DNA from: Bacteroidia bacterium
GTDB taxonomy: Bacteria; Bacteroidota; Bacteroidia; AKYH767-A; OLB10
Length of the DNA: 64,000 nucleotides
Direction of reading: 5' to 3'
Assembly: GCA_020847635.1 (NCBI GenBank)
Contig: JADLBQ010000022.1
Span: forward strand, 37,850 to 101,849
The position numbers were made by a program, and so were the translations under genes. Under the pieces are notes generated by a model that was not told where the DNA came from, searched no databases, and saw only the letters and a list, made by a program, of their open reading frames with translations. Positions 9,934-20,907 of the stretch are shown here, in pieces. How positions within the stretch are numbered: the stretch's first letter is position 1; each line of letters begins with the position of its first letter.

Positions 9934-12711
9934 TCAGTTATTTTTTAAATAACTTCTGAGAACATATTGAAGAATTCCCTGATTTTTATAATATTCGATC
10001 TCAATAGCAGAATCCAAGCGGGCTTCAGCTTTAAAGTGAATTTCTTTTCCGGAGGGATGAACTGCTTTTACATCCAGTATTTTGTGCGGTTTCAAATCCT
10101 GTGAAAGCCCACTGATTGAAAATGTTTCAGTGCCGTCAAGACCCAGGGATTCTGCATTCTCACCATTGGTAAATACTAGGGGAGCGACTCCCATACCCAC
10201 AAGGTTGCTTCTGTGAATGCGTTCGTAGCTTTCTGCAATGACTGCTTTAATACCAAGTAGGTAAGTTCCTTTTGCAGCCCAGTCACGGGATGAGCCGGAA
10301 CCGTATTCTTTACCGGCCAGTACAATTAGTGGGGTATTATCTTTTTGATATTGCATGGCTACATCAAAGACTGTTTTTACTTCACCAGTGGGCAGGTAGC
10401 GGCTATAGCCTCCTTCTTTATCTGCAATTTTATTTTTGATCCGAACATTGGCAAATGTTCCGCGCATCATTACTTCATGATTCCCTCTGCGTGATCCGTA
10501 GGAGTTAAATTCTTTTTTTTCTATCCCTTTACTGTTCAGGTAAGCTCCGGCTGCTGAGGTCTCTTTGAAGGCTCCGGCAGGCGAGATATGGTCTGTTGTT
10601 ACAGAGTCGCCCAGATAAAGCAGGGTTCGTGCATTTTTGATGTCAGTAACCGGATCGGGAGTAGGTTTTATATTTTCAAAAAAAGGTGCTTCCCGGATAT
10701 AAGTCGAATCTGGATTCCACTCATAATTCAATCCCAGGTTTACCTTCAGGTTCTGCCAATCGGATGAACCATCGAAGATCACATCATAAACCTGCTTGAA
10801 ATCATCCTGCTTCATACATTCACGGATGGTCTTACTGATCTCTTCTCGTGAAGGCCAGATATCTTTTAAATAAACAGGCTGACCATTGGGATCAAAATCA
10901 ATCGGATCATGAATCAGGTCAACATCTACCCGGCCGGCTAACGCATAGGCAACAACCAGCATAGGTGACATCAGGAAGTTCATTTTAACCTGGGGGTGAA
11001 CCCTAGCTTCGAAATTCCTGTTTCCTGAAAGAACTGAAGCCACAATAAGCTCACCCTTATCAACTGCTTCTGCAATTGAGGGTGAGAGTGGACCTGAATT
11101 ACCAATACAGGAAGTGCAACCATAGCCGACCGTATGAAATCGCAGCGCATCTAGGTCAACATTAAGTCCAGATCGTTCAAGGTAAGCTGTTACCACTTTT
11201 GAACCGGGGGCTAGTGATGTTTTAACCCATGTTTTGGTTCTCAATCCTTTTTCAACTGCATTTCGTGCAAGTAGTCCTGCTCCAACCATTACTGCAGGAT
11301 TTGAAGTATTGGTACAACTTGTAATAGCAGCAATGACAATACATCCGTCACTCAATAAAAACTCTTTATTCCGCTGTTTGATTCGGACTGAATGATGCTC
11401 ATTATCCGTGATTACTTCCGAATTACTTTCTCTGTTCACCGGAACTTTACCATAAGTAAACTCGGTTCCGGATCCTCCTTCAATCAGCATTGCATATTCG
11501 GCCCGCTGGTCTTTTGACTGATAATCGCGGTTAAATTCCTTTTTCAGAATCTCACAGAATTTTTCTTTTAAGTCTTCCACCAGAATTTTATCCTGTGGTC
11601 GTTTAGGCCCTGAAACAGTCGGCTGCAATGTTGCCAGATCTAGTTCTACAACTGCCGAGTACTTAATCTGTTCTTTTCCTGTTCTCCAAAGCAGGTTTTC
11701 TTTGCAATACTGTTCAACAATCTGAATTTGTTCTTCTGAGCGGTTTGTTGAACGCATGTATTCAAGTGTTCGGTTATCAATCGGGAAATAGGTTACCGTA
11801 CATCCGAATTCGGGTGACATGTTTCCGATTGTAGCACGGTCAGTAACTGACAGCGATTCGAGGCCATCTCCGAATACTTCAACAAATTTTCCGACAACAC
11901 CGGTTTTTCGAAGCAGGTTTGCAATTGACAGTACCAGGTCGGTTGCTGTGCATTCATTGGGAATTTTACCGGTTAGTTTGAGTCCCACAACTTCAGGGCA
12001 AGTAAAAAAAATAGGCTGACCCAGCATAGCGGCTTCAGCTTCAATACCGCCTACTCCCCAGGCAATTACTCCAATTCCGTTCACCATTGGGGTATGTGAA
12101 TCGGTTCCAACCAATGTATCAGGGAAAAGCCAACCATCCCGGGTTATTACTCCTTTTGAAAGATATTCCAGGTTAACTTGGTGGCAGATTCCCATTCCGG
12201 GCGGAACTACCGTAAAATTGCTCAACCCCTGCTGAGCCCATTTAAGTAGTTCGTACCGCTCCCGGTTCCGGTGAAATTCAAGTTCAACATTCTTGTCATA
12301 AGCATAATCGGTTCCAAAATAATCAACCTGAACAGAGTGATCAATAATCAAATCAACCGGAATGGCAGGATTAATCATTTTGCCATCCTTGCCATGCCGT
12401 ACAAACTCTGCCCGGAGTGATGCCATATCAACAACAGCAGGAACTCCGGTAAAATCCTGCATCAGAATACGGGCTGGCATAAATGGAATATCTTTATCAA
12501 CAGCCTGTGGTGTCCAGTTTAAAATGGTTTTGATATGTTCATCAGTAATACTGAAACCATCATAATTTCTGAGAATGTTCTCAAGCAGTATCCGGATACT
12601 GAATGGCAGGTGCTGGATGTTATCTTGTTTCAGCTCTTTAAGTGAACAGTAATGGTATTTTTTCCCAGCTACTGTCATTTCTTTGGTTGATTTTGCTTTT
12701 GAATAACTCAT
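9934..12711 (-). CDS. acnA: Aconitate hydratase A
   Basis: 925 aa with canonical aconitase motifs: 'GVVGKFVEFFG', 'VIAAITSCTNTSNP', 'GCTSCIGNSGPL' and 'YGSGSSRDWAAKG'. Confidence 0.9.
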   Translation of the reverse strand: MSYSKAKSTKEMTVAGKKYHYCSLKELKQDNIQHLPFSIRILLENILRNYDGFSITDEHIKTILNWTPQAVDKDIPFMPARILMQDFTGVPAVVDMASLRAEFVRHGKDGKMINPAIPVDLIIDHSVQVDYFGTDYAYDKNVELEFHRNRERYELLKWAQQGLSNFTVVPPGMGICHQVNLEYLSKGVITRDGWLFPDTLVGTDSHTPMVNGIGVIAWGVGGIEAEAAMLGQPIFFTCPEVVGLKLTGKIPNECTATDLVLSIANLLRKTGVVGKFVEVFGDGLESLSVTDRATIGNMSPEFGCTVTYFPIDNRTLEYMRSTNRSEEQIQIVEQYCKENLLWRTGKEQIKYSAVVELDLATLQPTVSGPKRPQDKILVEDLKEKFCEILKKEFNRDYQSKDQRAEYAMLIEGGSGTEFTYGKVPVNRESNSEVITDNEHHSVRIKQRNKEFLLSDGCIVIAAITSCTNTSNPAVMVGAGLLARNAVEKGLRTKTWVKTSLAPGSKVVTAYLERSGLNVDLDALRFHTVGYGCTSCIGNSGPLSPSIAEAVDKGELIVASVLSGNRNFEARVHPQVKMNFLMSPMLVVAYALAGRVDVDLIHDPIDFDPNGQPVYLKDIWPSREEISKTIRECMKQDDFKQVYDVIFDGSSDWQNLKVNLGLNYEWNPDSTYIREAPFFENIKPTPDPVTDIKNARTLLYLGDSVTTDHISPAGAFKETSAAGAYLNSKGIEKKEFNSYGSRRGNHEVMMRGTFANVRIKNKIADKEGGYSRYLPTGEVKTVFDVAMQYQKDNTPLIVLAGKEYGSGSSRDWAAKGTYLLGIKAVIAESYERIHRSNLVGMGVAPLVFTNGENAESLGLDGTETFSISGLSQDLKPHKILDVKAVHPSGKEIHFKAEARLDSAIEIEYYKNQGILQYVLRSYLKNN

Positions 12712-12964
12712 GTTGATTTAATTTAAAATTTCTTGAAATAAAGTGTTTTGATTCAAACTCCTGATCTGTAAGTTGACTAACAAAAAAAGCACTGGATTCA
12801 TATCATTAAAAAACCGGTCAGACTCATACGTTAACACTTCTGCTGTTGGTTTTGTTTCTGTTGAAACGGGTTGCTGAAAAGGTTTCAGAGGTTTCTGAAA
12901 ATTAAAGCCCGAAGGTATTAAAAATACTTGTTAAAGAAACCCAGATTAAATTTTTCCTTTTAGG

Positions 12965-13993
12965 TTATGGTTTTTCAGCGGATGAATGACCGGCAGCTCT
13001 TTTGATTAAGCTATTTAATGCTTCTCTGTATGAGATTTCCAGATCACTCCGGTTAAGGATTTCAAGCCCGTCAGCCTTGTTGGTTACATTATAGGAGAAT
13101 ACCCATCTTGAGTCTTTCACTGCCCATCCGGAAGCTCTTCCGAATCGCATGTCGTTAAAATAAACCTGTCTTCCCTTTTTGGTAAAACAATAATATCCTT
13201 TTGAGAACCGCTGCATTACCGGTATGAGATCATTATCCTGAAACAATGTTAAAATTAATTCATTCCGTGGAACATAGTCGAACTCAACTTTTTTCGGGTT
13301 ATCAAAAATTGAGTAATAAGTCGTATAGAATCCCTGTCTGGACTTAACAATAGAAAACCAGAGAAAATTATTTAATGGAGCAGGGGTTGTCATCATCTTT
13401 TCATAACTGAGCTGCTGCTCAGCCAAGTTACTTTTAATGACTTTATTAACCTGGTATTTATTCATGAATGTAAACAGCAGATAAGCGGCTGCCAGTCCTG
13501 AACCGAGCAGGTTGACTGTTTTTCTGAGCTGATCATCTTTTTTTCGGATAATCAGAATGCAAAATGAGATTAGGAGCGGGAGAGTGTAAAACGGATCAAC
13601 GACAAAAATGGTATTTGTTGAATATCGTTTATGACTGAACGGTTCGAATACGCCTGTCCCATAACAGGTAAAAAGATCCAATGCAATATGTGATAATAAG
13701 ACCAGAAAATAGAAGTGGGCAGTTTGAAAAAAACGATTTTCTCTGGCTCGGAAGAGTCGCCAGGGCAGTAAGGCAATTACCGGACTTGCTAAAATGGCAA
13801 ATAAGAATGAATGCGTAATTCCCCGGTGGAAATACGCTGCTGTGAACGGGTCATAGAAGAGGTTGGCCAGCACATCAGAATCCGGTAATAGTGAAACAAG
13901 CCCTCCGGCCCATAATGCACGTTTACCAATATGCTTTCGAAGTGTAAATTCTCCGATTGCTGCACCGGTAATAAAGTGAGATACCAGATCCAT
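12965..13993 (-). CDS. Membrane-bound metal-dependent hydrolase, YdjM/DUF457-like, with extra C-terminal domain
   Basis: 342 aa with the 'MDLVSHFITGAAIG' start and His-rich TM core typical of YdjM-type hydrolases. It has an unassigned C-terminal domain of about 150 aa. Confidence 0.55.
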   Translation of the reverse strand: MDLVSHFITGAAIGEFTLRKHIGKRALWAGGLVSLLPDSDVLANLFYDPFTAAYFHRGITHSFLFAILASPVIALLPWRLFRARENRFFQTAHFYFLVLLSHIALDLFTCYGTGVFEPFSHKRYSTNTIFVVDPFYTLPLLISFCILIIRKKDDQLRKTVNLLGSGLAAAYLLFTFMNKYQVNKVIKSNLAEQQLSYEKMMTTPAPLNNFLWFSIVKSRQGFYTTYYSIFDNPKKVEFDYVPRNELILTLFQDNDLIPVMQRFSKGYYCFTKKGRQVYFNDMRFGRASGWAVKDSRWVFSYNVTNKADGLEILNRSDLEISYREALNSLIKRAAGHSSAEKP

Positions 13994-14081
13994 CCAGCAA
14001 AGATAAAACCACCAGTTGAGGATATTGCCCTTTGCCTGGATTGCTATCCGCTGTCAATATCAGTGATACAACGAAACTGCA

Positions 14082-17000
14082 TCATGCCATTTCGTAGCTT
14101 TTAAGATCAACAGGCACAACCTGGGTGACACCCATTTCAGCCATTGTAATTCCATACATGACATCGGTGGCAGCCATTGTCCGTTTGTTATGCGTAATGA
14201 TGATAAACTGAGACTGACCAGAAAACTTTTTGATAATCTTATTGAACTTGTCAATATTTGAATCATCCAATGGAGCATCCACCTCATCAAAAATGCAGAA
14301 GGGTGAAGGTTTGAGCAGGTAAATACCAAACAGAAGTGCGGTAGCAGTTAATGTTTTTTCACCGCCAGACAACTGATGAATAGAAAGCGGCCGTTTGCCT
14401 TTTGGCTGAGCAATAATCTGGATATCTGATTCCAGCGGATTGCTGTGGTCAAGTAATACAAGGTCACATTTATCCTCTTCACTAAACAATGAACGGAATA
14501 CATCGATAAAGTTGATTCGTATTTTTTCATACGACTCCATAAATCGTTCTCTGGCTGTGTGATCAATCTCTGCAATGGTCAGAAGTAATGATTCTTTTGC
14601 CTGAAGTAGATCATTCTTCTCATTAAGAATAAAGTCAAATCGTTCTTTAACTTCATTAAAAGTTTCAAGTGCCATTGGATTAATAGGCCCGAAATTTTCA
14701 AGCTGAACTTTTACTTTATCGGTTCGCTGCCGTGTTTCTTCAAGGTTAAAATTCTCGTTTATTTCAGGAGCTTCCATGGTTTCCAGGTTAATTCCGAATT
14801 CGACTACCATTCTTTCCTTCATACTCAGCAACCTCATTTTAATCGAGGTTGCCTGGTCATGAATGGATGAGAGGATGACATGAGTCTGTTCACCTTGCTT
14901 TCTTAGTTCATGGATATTTTTTTCTTCAACTTCAATATCTGCTTTTACTTTGTAGTATGCTTCTTCCAGTCGGTTCAGTCCGGATTCAGATACCTGTTTT
15001 TCCTGCAGCAGGGTTATGAGGGTCTGACTTTCTGTTTCGGTTGTTGCATTGAGCTCCTGCAGTTGGGATGAGATACTGGACAGTTCAGTTTTATTTTGTT
15101 TGTTGGCAGTAACCAGGTTTTCTTTTTGAGCAGTTTTATGAGCAATATCACGAATGATGTTCTGAACTTTGTTTTGTAACTGAACAAAGACAATATTCTG
15201 CTGATTTACTTTCTCAGTAGCTGAATTAAAGTTGTGAATGAGAGATTCGGCATTTAGCTGGGCGGATGTATATTCCTCATTCAACGAAGCCAGAACTGAT
15301 TTCAGATCCTCGATGTTGACATGATTAAACCGGCCCAGATCTGCTCCTTCAGCAATTGCTTTCAGCTGGGTTTCAATATTGGAAACAGAGCGATTTGAAG
15401 ATTCAATGCTGTCTTGAAAATGATTTCGGTTATTCTCAAGTGCAATTAAAGAAGTCTGACTTTCCTGCAGACGGTTACTCAGCACCGTTATTCTTTCAGT
15501 TAAATTTTGCCTGTCCGCTTTGAATAGATCAACCCTGGAGGTGGTTCCCATTAAAGCTTTTTCAAGCAGCTCCGTTTCTTTTTTATGTTGTTCAATCCGG
15601 TGTGCAAGTTTTTCGAGGTTTTGCATTTTGCCGGTTCGTTTACCGTCAAACAACCCGACTGAACCACCTGCAACAGAGTACTTCTGACGGATATAATGAC
15701 CATTACGCGAAATCAGGACTGTTTTATCGGGTCCTGAAAAATCAAAACGGTCGGTACTACTTTCGTCATCGGCAATATAAACATGGCCAAGTAACAGGTC
15801 GAATAGTTTAGAAAATTCAGGATTGAATTCAATCACATTTCGGGCACTGATACAACCGGTAATCTCCGGGTGGGGTTGAACGTTCTGCTGGTTTAATAAA
15901 TCCAGAATAAAGAACTGGGCCCTTCCCTGATTTTTCTGCTGGAGCATGGCAATGGCTTCAGCCGCTTCTTCCTTGGAATTCACGACAAAATAATTCAGAA
16001 ACGGCTCAAGGTAGTTTTCAATTGCTACTTTAAATTCTTCGCGGCAGGATACAATTTCTGAAACCAAAGGAACAGACCGGAATTTCTCACCTGATTTTTT
16101 CAGAAACTTGATGCTTTCCGGATAGCCGTCCATTTGCTCAACCAGGTTCTTTGTAAGCTCATATTCATTTGTACGGGCATCACAATGTCGTTTCTCTTCA
16201 GTTATTTTATCTTTAAGCAAGTCAACTTCTGATTCCAGCTGTTCAATAACTTCTTCTTTTATTCTGAGTTCAACTTCGGCTTGTTTAACCTCCATTCTCA
16301 GTTGCTCAACAGCAGGTAATAGCTGTTCAAGTTCAGAACAGGTTTCTCGCAATTTATCATTCTGTTCATCAGTATGGGACTTAATCCGGGCAATTTCCTC
16401 ATTAAGTGAAGTGGTACGTGTATTGTTAACAGCCAGCAGGGTTTCATAGTCATTCAAATCCTGCCGGGCATTGATTAGTTTTCTGTTAAGCTCACTAAGC
16501 TCTTTCTGAAATAAATCTGATGCAGTTTTTTTCTCAATTACCTGTTCTTTCAGTTCGGCCAGTTCGGTTGATGCCAGGTCTGATTTTGCCTGTTCAGAAA
16601 TCCGCTCAGCTTGTTGCGACTCAATAAGCTCTTCAAGTTCGGTAATGGATGAACTGTCTTTATCAATTTGAGCAATCAAATGGAGTTCATTATCTGAAAG
16701 GAATTTAATTTTATCCTTACGTGCCTTTTCTTCAGCTTCAAGTTTTGAAATGCGGATCAGCAGTTCATTCATTTCTTTTTGTGCAGAAGACAATGCTTTT
16801 TCTTTACTCAGGCTTTCAGTTTTTAGCTTTTCAAGTGATGCTTCAAAGGTTGTAATCTTGGTTTGAATGCTGGCTGTATCATCTCTCAGAATGAGCTCTT
16901 TCTTTTCCAGTTCCTGCAGCTCGTTTCTGGATTCTGATTGAGAAAACCAGGCTGTGAGTGCTGCAAGGTGCTTATACTCATCTTTCAACCGGTAATATCG

Positions 17001-17639
17001 GGCTGTCTTTTTTGCCTGAGTTTCCAGTTGTTTCATGTTTTTCTCAATTTCAAAGAGCAAATCATTTACACGATTCAAGTCGGCTTCGGTCTCTTCCAGC
17101 TTATTCAGGGTTTGTTTTTTCCGGATTTTATATTTTGAAATTCCGGCAGCTTCTTCAAGGAGTTGTTTAATGGTGTTGTTTTTGTCATTGAGTATGTCAT
17201 CAACCATTTTTAACTCAATGATGGAATAGCTGTCTGAGCCAATTCCCGTATCCAGAAATAGGTCAGTAATGTCCTTCAGGCGGCAATGAACCCCGTTAAG
17301 GTAATATTCACTGTCACCAGAGCGAAATAACTTACGGGTAATACTGACTGTCCGATACTCAACTGGCAGAATGTTTTTTGTGTTTTCAAACGTGAGGGTT
17401 ACTTCTGCTAAATTGGCTGGTTTACGGGTCTTTGTTCCGTTAAAAATGATGTTTTCCATTTTTTCGGAGCGTAACAGCCTGGTTTTCTGTTCTCCTAACA
17501 CCCAACGGATGGCATCTACAACATTTGATTTTCCGGAACCATTGGGACCTACAATTGAGGTTGTTCCCTGGTCAAAATGAATGACAACTCGGTCTCCAAA
17601 GCTCTTAAATCCTTTAATCTCAAGAGTAGTAAGCTTCAT
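14082..17639 (-). CDS. smc: Chromosome segregation protein SMC
   Basis: 1185 aa with an N-terminal Walker A ('GPNGSGKSNVVDAIRWVLGEQ'), long coiled coils and a hinge. The C-terminal signature is 'LSGGEKTLTATALLFGIY...FCIFDEVDAPLD'. Confidence 0.9.
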   Translation of the reverse strand: MKLTTLEIKGFKSFGDRVVIHFDQGTTSIVGPNGSGKSNVVDAIRWVLGEQKTRLLRSEKMENIIFNGTKTRKPANLAEVTLTFENTKNILPVEYRTVSITRKLFRSGDSEYYLNGVHCRLKDITDLFLDTGIGSDSYSIIELKMVDDILNDKNNTIKQLLEEAAGISKYKIRKKQTLNKLEETEADLNRVNDLLFEIEKNMKQLETQAKKTARYYRLKDEYKHLAALTAWFSQSESRNELQELEKKELILRDDTASIQTKITTFEASLEKLKTESLSKEKALSSAQKEMNELLIRISKLEAEEKARKDKIKFLSDNELHLIAQIDKDSSSITELEELIESQQAERISEQAKSDLASTELAELKEQVIEKKTASDLFQKELSELNRKLINARQDLNDYETLLAVNNTRTTSLNEEIARIKSHTDEQNDKLRETCSELEQLLPAVEQLRMEVKQAEVELRIKEEVIEQLESEVDLLKDKITEEKRHCDARTNEYELTKNLVEQMDGYPESIKFLKKSGEKFRSVPLVSEIVSCREEFKVAIENYLEPFLNYFVVNSKEEAAEAIAMLQQKNQGRAQFFILDLLNQQNVQPHPEITGCISARNVIEFNPEFSKLFDLLLGHVYIADDESSTDRFDFSGPDKTVLISRNGHYIRQKYSVAGGSVGLFDGKRTGKMQNLEKLAHRIEQHKKETELLEKALMGTTSRVDLFKADRQNLTERITVLSNRLQESQTSLIALENNRNHFQDSIESSNRSVSNIETQLKAIAEGADLGRFNHVNIEDLKSVLASLNEEYTSAQLNAESLIHNFNSATEKVNQQNIVFVQLQNKVQNIIRDIAHKTAQKENLVTANKQNKTELSSISSQLQELNATTETESQTLITLLQEKQVSESGLNRLEEAYYKVKADIEVEEKNIHELRKQGEQTHVILSSIHDQATSIKMRLLSMKERMVVEFGINLETMEAPEINENFNLEETRQRTDKVKVQLENFGPINPMALETFNEVKERFDFILNEKNDLLQAKESLLLTIAEIDHTARERFMESYEKIRINFIDVFRSLFSEEDKCDLVLLDHSNPLESDIQIIAQPKGKRPLSIHQLSGGEKTLTATALLFGIYLLKPSPFCIFDEVDAPLDDSNIDKFNKIIKKFSGQSQFIIITHNKRTMAATDVMYGITMAEMGVTQVVPVDLKSYEMA

Positions 17640-18032
17640 AATAATTCAGTTCTTCGCTTAAAGAGGTTGAAACCGGCAAAGGTAAAGGATGAACTGGGCG
17701 ATTGGAGACTGAACACTCTTGATGTTAATAAAATTTGATAAGAAAGATTCAGTTGTTATTCTGAATGAATCCTTTTTGCAAGAATCAGCTTGGTACCAGC
17801 AGTCATTGCTAAAGACGAATCGAAGGAGATATTATTCATTGCGTAGGTTCTGTAAACGGTATCCGATTTCTTTTTTTATCTGAATTCAGTACATTAAAAC
17901 AGTATTAATAAAGTATAAATAATTTATAATCAGGCTTTCACGGCTTCTGAAAGGATAGAGGCACTTCAAATCAATATACTTAATATTTTTTATTAGATAC
18001 ACTTCTGAATTTTTAATTTTCATTGCTAATGT

Positions 18033-18040
18033 TATCTTTG
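18033..18040 (+). promoter_or_regulatory. Candidate Bacteroidota-type -7 promoter element (TAnnTTTG) upstream of rpsO
   Basis: 'TATCTTTG' lies 37 bp upstream of the rpsO ATG. No clean -33 TTTG is visible. Confidence 0.25.
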
Positions 18041-18076
18041 CAGGCTATTTAAGAAAAATCAGAAATTCATATTGTT

Positions 18077-18346
18077 ATGGCTTTAACAGCAGAACGTAAA
18101 AAGGAGTTAGCTTCGAAATATGGAAAATCATCAGCAGATACAGGAACCGCTGAAACGCAGATTGCCATTTTTACCGAACATATTAGTGAGCTGACAAACC
18201 ACCTTTCAGCACAACCAAAAGATAATAATACACAACGGGCATTAATCCGGCTTGTCGGAAAAAGACGCAGATTACTGGATTATCTCATTAAGACAGACAT
18301 CACCCGATATCGGAAAATTATCGGTGAACTTGGAATCAGAAAGTAA
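18077..18346 (+). CDS. rpsO: 30S ribosomal protein S15
   Basis: 89 aa with conserved S15 sequence ('TGTAETQIAIFTEHISELTNHL...LIRLVGKRRRLLDYL'). Confidence 0.9.
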   Translation: MALTAERKKELASKYGKSSADTGTAETQIAIFTEHISELTNHLSAQPKDNNTQRALIRLVGKRRRLLDYLIKTDITRYRKIIGELGIRK

Positions 18347-18361
18347 GCCCGGATAGTAACG

Positions 18362-18387
18362 AAAGGCAATGAGGAATTGCCTTTTTT
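18362..18387 (+). terminator. Intergenic rpsO-pnp hairpin with T-run (terminator/attenuator)
   Basis: An 8-bp stem AAGGCAAT/ATTGCCTT with loop GAGGA, followed by TTTTTT. It sits between the rpsO stop and the pnp start. Confidence 0.5.
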
Positions 18388-18413
18388 CATTTTAATTAAA
18401 ACCATTTTTTCAA

Positions 18414-20579
18414 ATGTCACTAAAATCAATTACAAAAGCTTTCCAGCTAAAGGACGGCCGGGAGATTATCATTGAAACAGGCAAGCTTGCTCGTCAGGCA
18501 GATGGGGCTGTTGTGGTTCGAATGGGCAATTGCATGATTCTGGCTACTGTTGTAGCTGCAAATGAAGCAAGGGAAGGGGTTGACTTTATGCCTCTCACAG
18601 TTGACTATCAGGAGAAATATGCGGCAGCCGGTCGTTTCCCCGGAGGATTTTTTAAGCGGGAAGCCCGGTTATCAGAATACGAAATTCTGATTTCAAGACT
18701 GATAGACCGTGCATTACGCCCTTTGTTCCCTGAAGATTTTCATGCTGATATCCAGGTTATGGTAACACTGATTTCGGCAGATAAAAACATTGCACCGGAT
18801 TCGCTGGCTGGTCTGGCAGCATCTGCTGCACTTGCACTAACCGACATCCCTTTCAATGGCCCGATGAGTGAAGTCAGAGTTGCCCGCATTGACGGACAGT
18901 TAGTTATCAATCCTTACTTAGAGGATCTTAAAAAAGCTGATATTGATTTGATTGTTGCCGGAACAGCTGATAATATTGTTATGGTTGAAGGAGAATCGAA
19001 AGAAGTAAGCGAAAATGATATGCTGGAAGCAATCAAGTTTGCTCATGAAGCCATCAAGGACCAGTGTCGCTGGCAAATCGAAATGGCAGTTTTAGCAGGT
19101 GGTATTAAACCAAAACGCACGTATTCGCATGAAACCAATGATAGTGAACTAAAGGAAGCTGTCTGGAAGGCATGTTATGATAAGGCATACCAGGTTGCTA
19201 TGCAAGGTAATCCCAATAAACATGAGAGAAAAGCTGCATTTAATGAAATTCTGGAATCATTTATCCAGACTGTTCCTGCAGAAGAGCTCGAAGAAAAGAC
19301 TCCATTAATAAAACGGTATTATGCAGATGTTGAATACCATGCAGTACGAAATGTAATTCTGGATCACAATCGCAGATTGGACGGAAGAGGGTTAACTGAA
19401 ATCCGTCCAATTTCGGCTGAAATAAACCTGTTACCCTCAACTCATGGTTCTTCCTTGTTCACGCGGGGTGAAACACAGTCACTGACAACGGTTACACTCG
19501 GAACCAAACTGGATGAACAGATTATTGATGGTGCCATGTTTGAAGGACATAACAAATTTTTACTACACTATAATTTCCCGGGATTCTCAACTGGTGAGGT
19601 TCGGCCAAACCGGGGGCCAGGCAGAAGAGAAATTGGACATGGAAACCTGGCTATGCGTTCATTGAGAATGGTTTTTCCTGATGAAACCAATAATCCTTAT
19701 ACGGTTCGAGTAGTTTCAGATATTCTTGAATCGAACGGTTCGTCATCAATGGCTACCGTTTGTGCCGGCAGTATGGCTCTGATGGATGCAGGAATTAAAA
19801 TGAAGAGTGCTGTTTCGGGCATTGCAATGGGATTAATTTCTGACGGACAAGAGAAATTTGTGGTGCTTTCAGATATCCTGGGTGACGAAGATCATCTTGG
19901 TGATATGGATTTCAAAGTTACCGGAACCAGAAAGGGGATCTGTGCCTGTCAGATGGATTTAAAAGTTCAGGGATTACCTTTTGATATTATGCTTCAGGCA
20001 TTAAACCAGGCCCGTGATGGTAGGCTCCATATTCTGGGAGAAATGGATAAGGCAATTTCACAACCGGCAGATGACTATAAGCCACATGCTCCAAGAATTG
20101 AAATTATTCATATTCCAAAAGACTTTATCGGAGCTGTTATTGGAAAGGGTGGCGAAGTTATTCAGGAAATGCAGCGTGAAACAGGAACAGTCATTACCAT
20201 TGAAGAAGTAGCTGATGAAGGAATCATTGAGATTGCCTCAAGTGATAAAGCATCAATTGAAAAAGCAAAAGCCAGAATTGCTGTCATTACTGCAGTTCCT
20301 ACAGTTGGGGAAGTGTATAATGGTGTGGTTAAGAGTATTCAGACATTCGGAGCATTTATTGAGATTATTCCGGGTAAGGAAGGATTGTTACATATATCAG
20401 AAATCTCCTGGGACCGGGTTGCAAAAGTTGAAGATGTATTAAAGCCGGGGGATCCGATTGAAGTAAAACTTCTGGAAGTTGACCAAAAAACTGGGAAGAT
20501 GAAACTTTCACATAAGGTTCTTACTGAAAGGCCCAAAAGAGAACCGTCACGCAAGCCTGTAAAGGATGTTAAAGAATAA
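18414..20579 (+). CDS. pnp: Polyribonucleotide nucleotidyltransferase (PNPase)
   Basis: 721 aa with two RNase PH domains, a KH domain and an S1 domain ('[20 protein letters not shown]'). Confidence 0.95.
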   Translation: MSLKSITKAFQLKDGREIIIETGKLARQADGAVVVRMGNCMILATVVAANEAREGVDFMPLTVDYQEKYAAAGRFPGGFFKREARLSEYEILISRLIDRALRPLFPEDFHADIQVMVTLISADKNIAPDSLAGLAASAALALTDIPFNGPMSEVRVARIDGQLVINPYLEDLKKADIDLIVAGTADNIVMVEGESKEVSENDMLEAIKFAHEAIKDQCRWQIEMAVLAGGIKPKRTYSHETNDSELKEAVWKACYDKAYQVAMQGNPNKHERKAAFNEILESFIQTVPAEELEEKTPLIKRYYADVEYHAVRNVILDHNRRLDGRGLTEIRPISAEINLLPSTHGSSLFTRGETQSLTTVTLGTKLDEQIIDGAMFEGHNKFLLHYNFPGFSTGEVRPNRGPGRREIGHGNLAMRSLRMVFPDETNNPYTVRVVSDILESNGSSSMATVCAGSMALMDAGIKMKSAVSGIAMGLISDGQEKFVVLSDILGDEDHLGDMDFKVTGTRKGICACQMDLKVQGLPFDIMLQALNQARDGRLHILGEMDKAISQPADDYKPHAPRIEIIHIPKDFIGAVIGKGGEVIQEMQRETGTVITIEEVADEGIIEIASSDKASIEKAKARIAVITAVPTVGEVYNGVVKSIQTFGAFIEIIPGKEGLLHISEISWDRVAKVEDVLKPGDPIEVKLLEVDQKTGKMKLSHKVLTERPKREPSRKPVKDVKE

Positions 20580-20605
20580 TTTACTGCTAATCTAAAAACT
20601 TAAAA

Positions 20606-20630
20606 GGCCCTTCTCAGAAGGGCTTTTTAA
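20606..20630 (+). terminator. Rho-independent terminator after pnp
   Basis: A 6-bp stem GCCCTT/AAGGGC with a 5-nt loop, followed by TTTTT, 27 bp after the pnp stop. Confidence 0.6.
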
Positions 20631-20907
20631 GTTAAGAGAAGTTATTCCTGATCTGGTTTATTGTTAACAGATAAATTCAATTGATAAAATCCTGCTGTAC
20701 ATTCTTCTGAGATCCATCCAGAATGCCATTACTCGCACACTCCCTCCGGCCTATTGTATTAACGGCTAATCTTTCCAGTTGACTGCTGAGTGAATTGCAG
20801 AAGCCTGAACTCAGGATGGAAGTATGTAAGCCAGTAGGAAATGCACAGGGATACCGGTAGCTGACGTTCGCTATTCTCCCGGTAATAAAATTTTTGGAAG
20901 ACTAACT

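Noticed and set aside
14060-14575. Minus-strand ORFs of 89 aa and 75 aa overlapping the 3' end of smc
   Set aside because: They lie entirely inside the strongly supported smc reading frame, in other frames. They are low-complexity translations with no start context, typical shadow ORFs.
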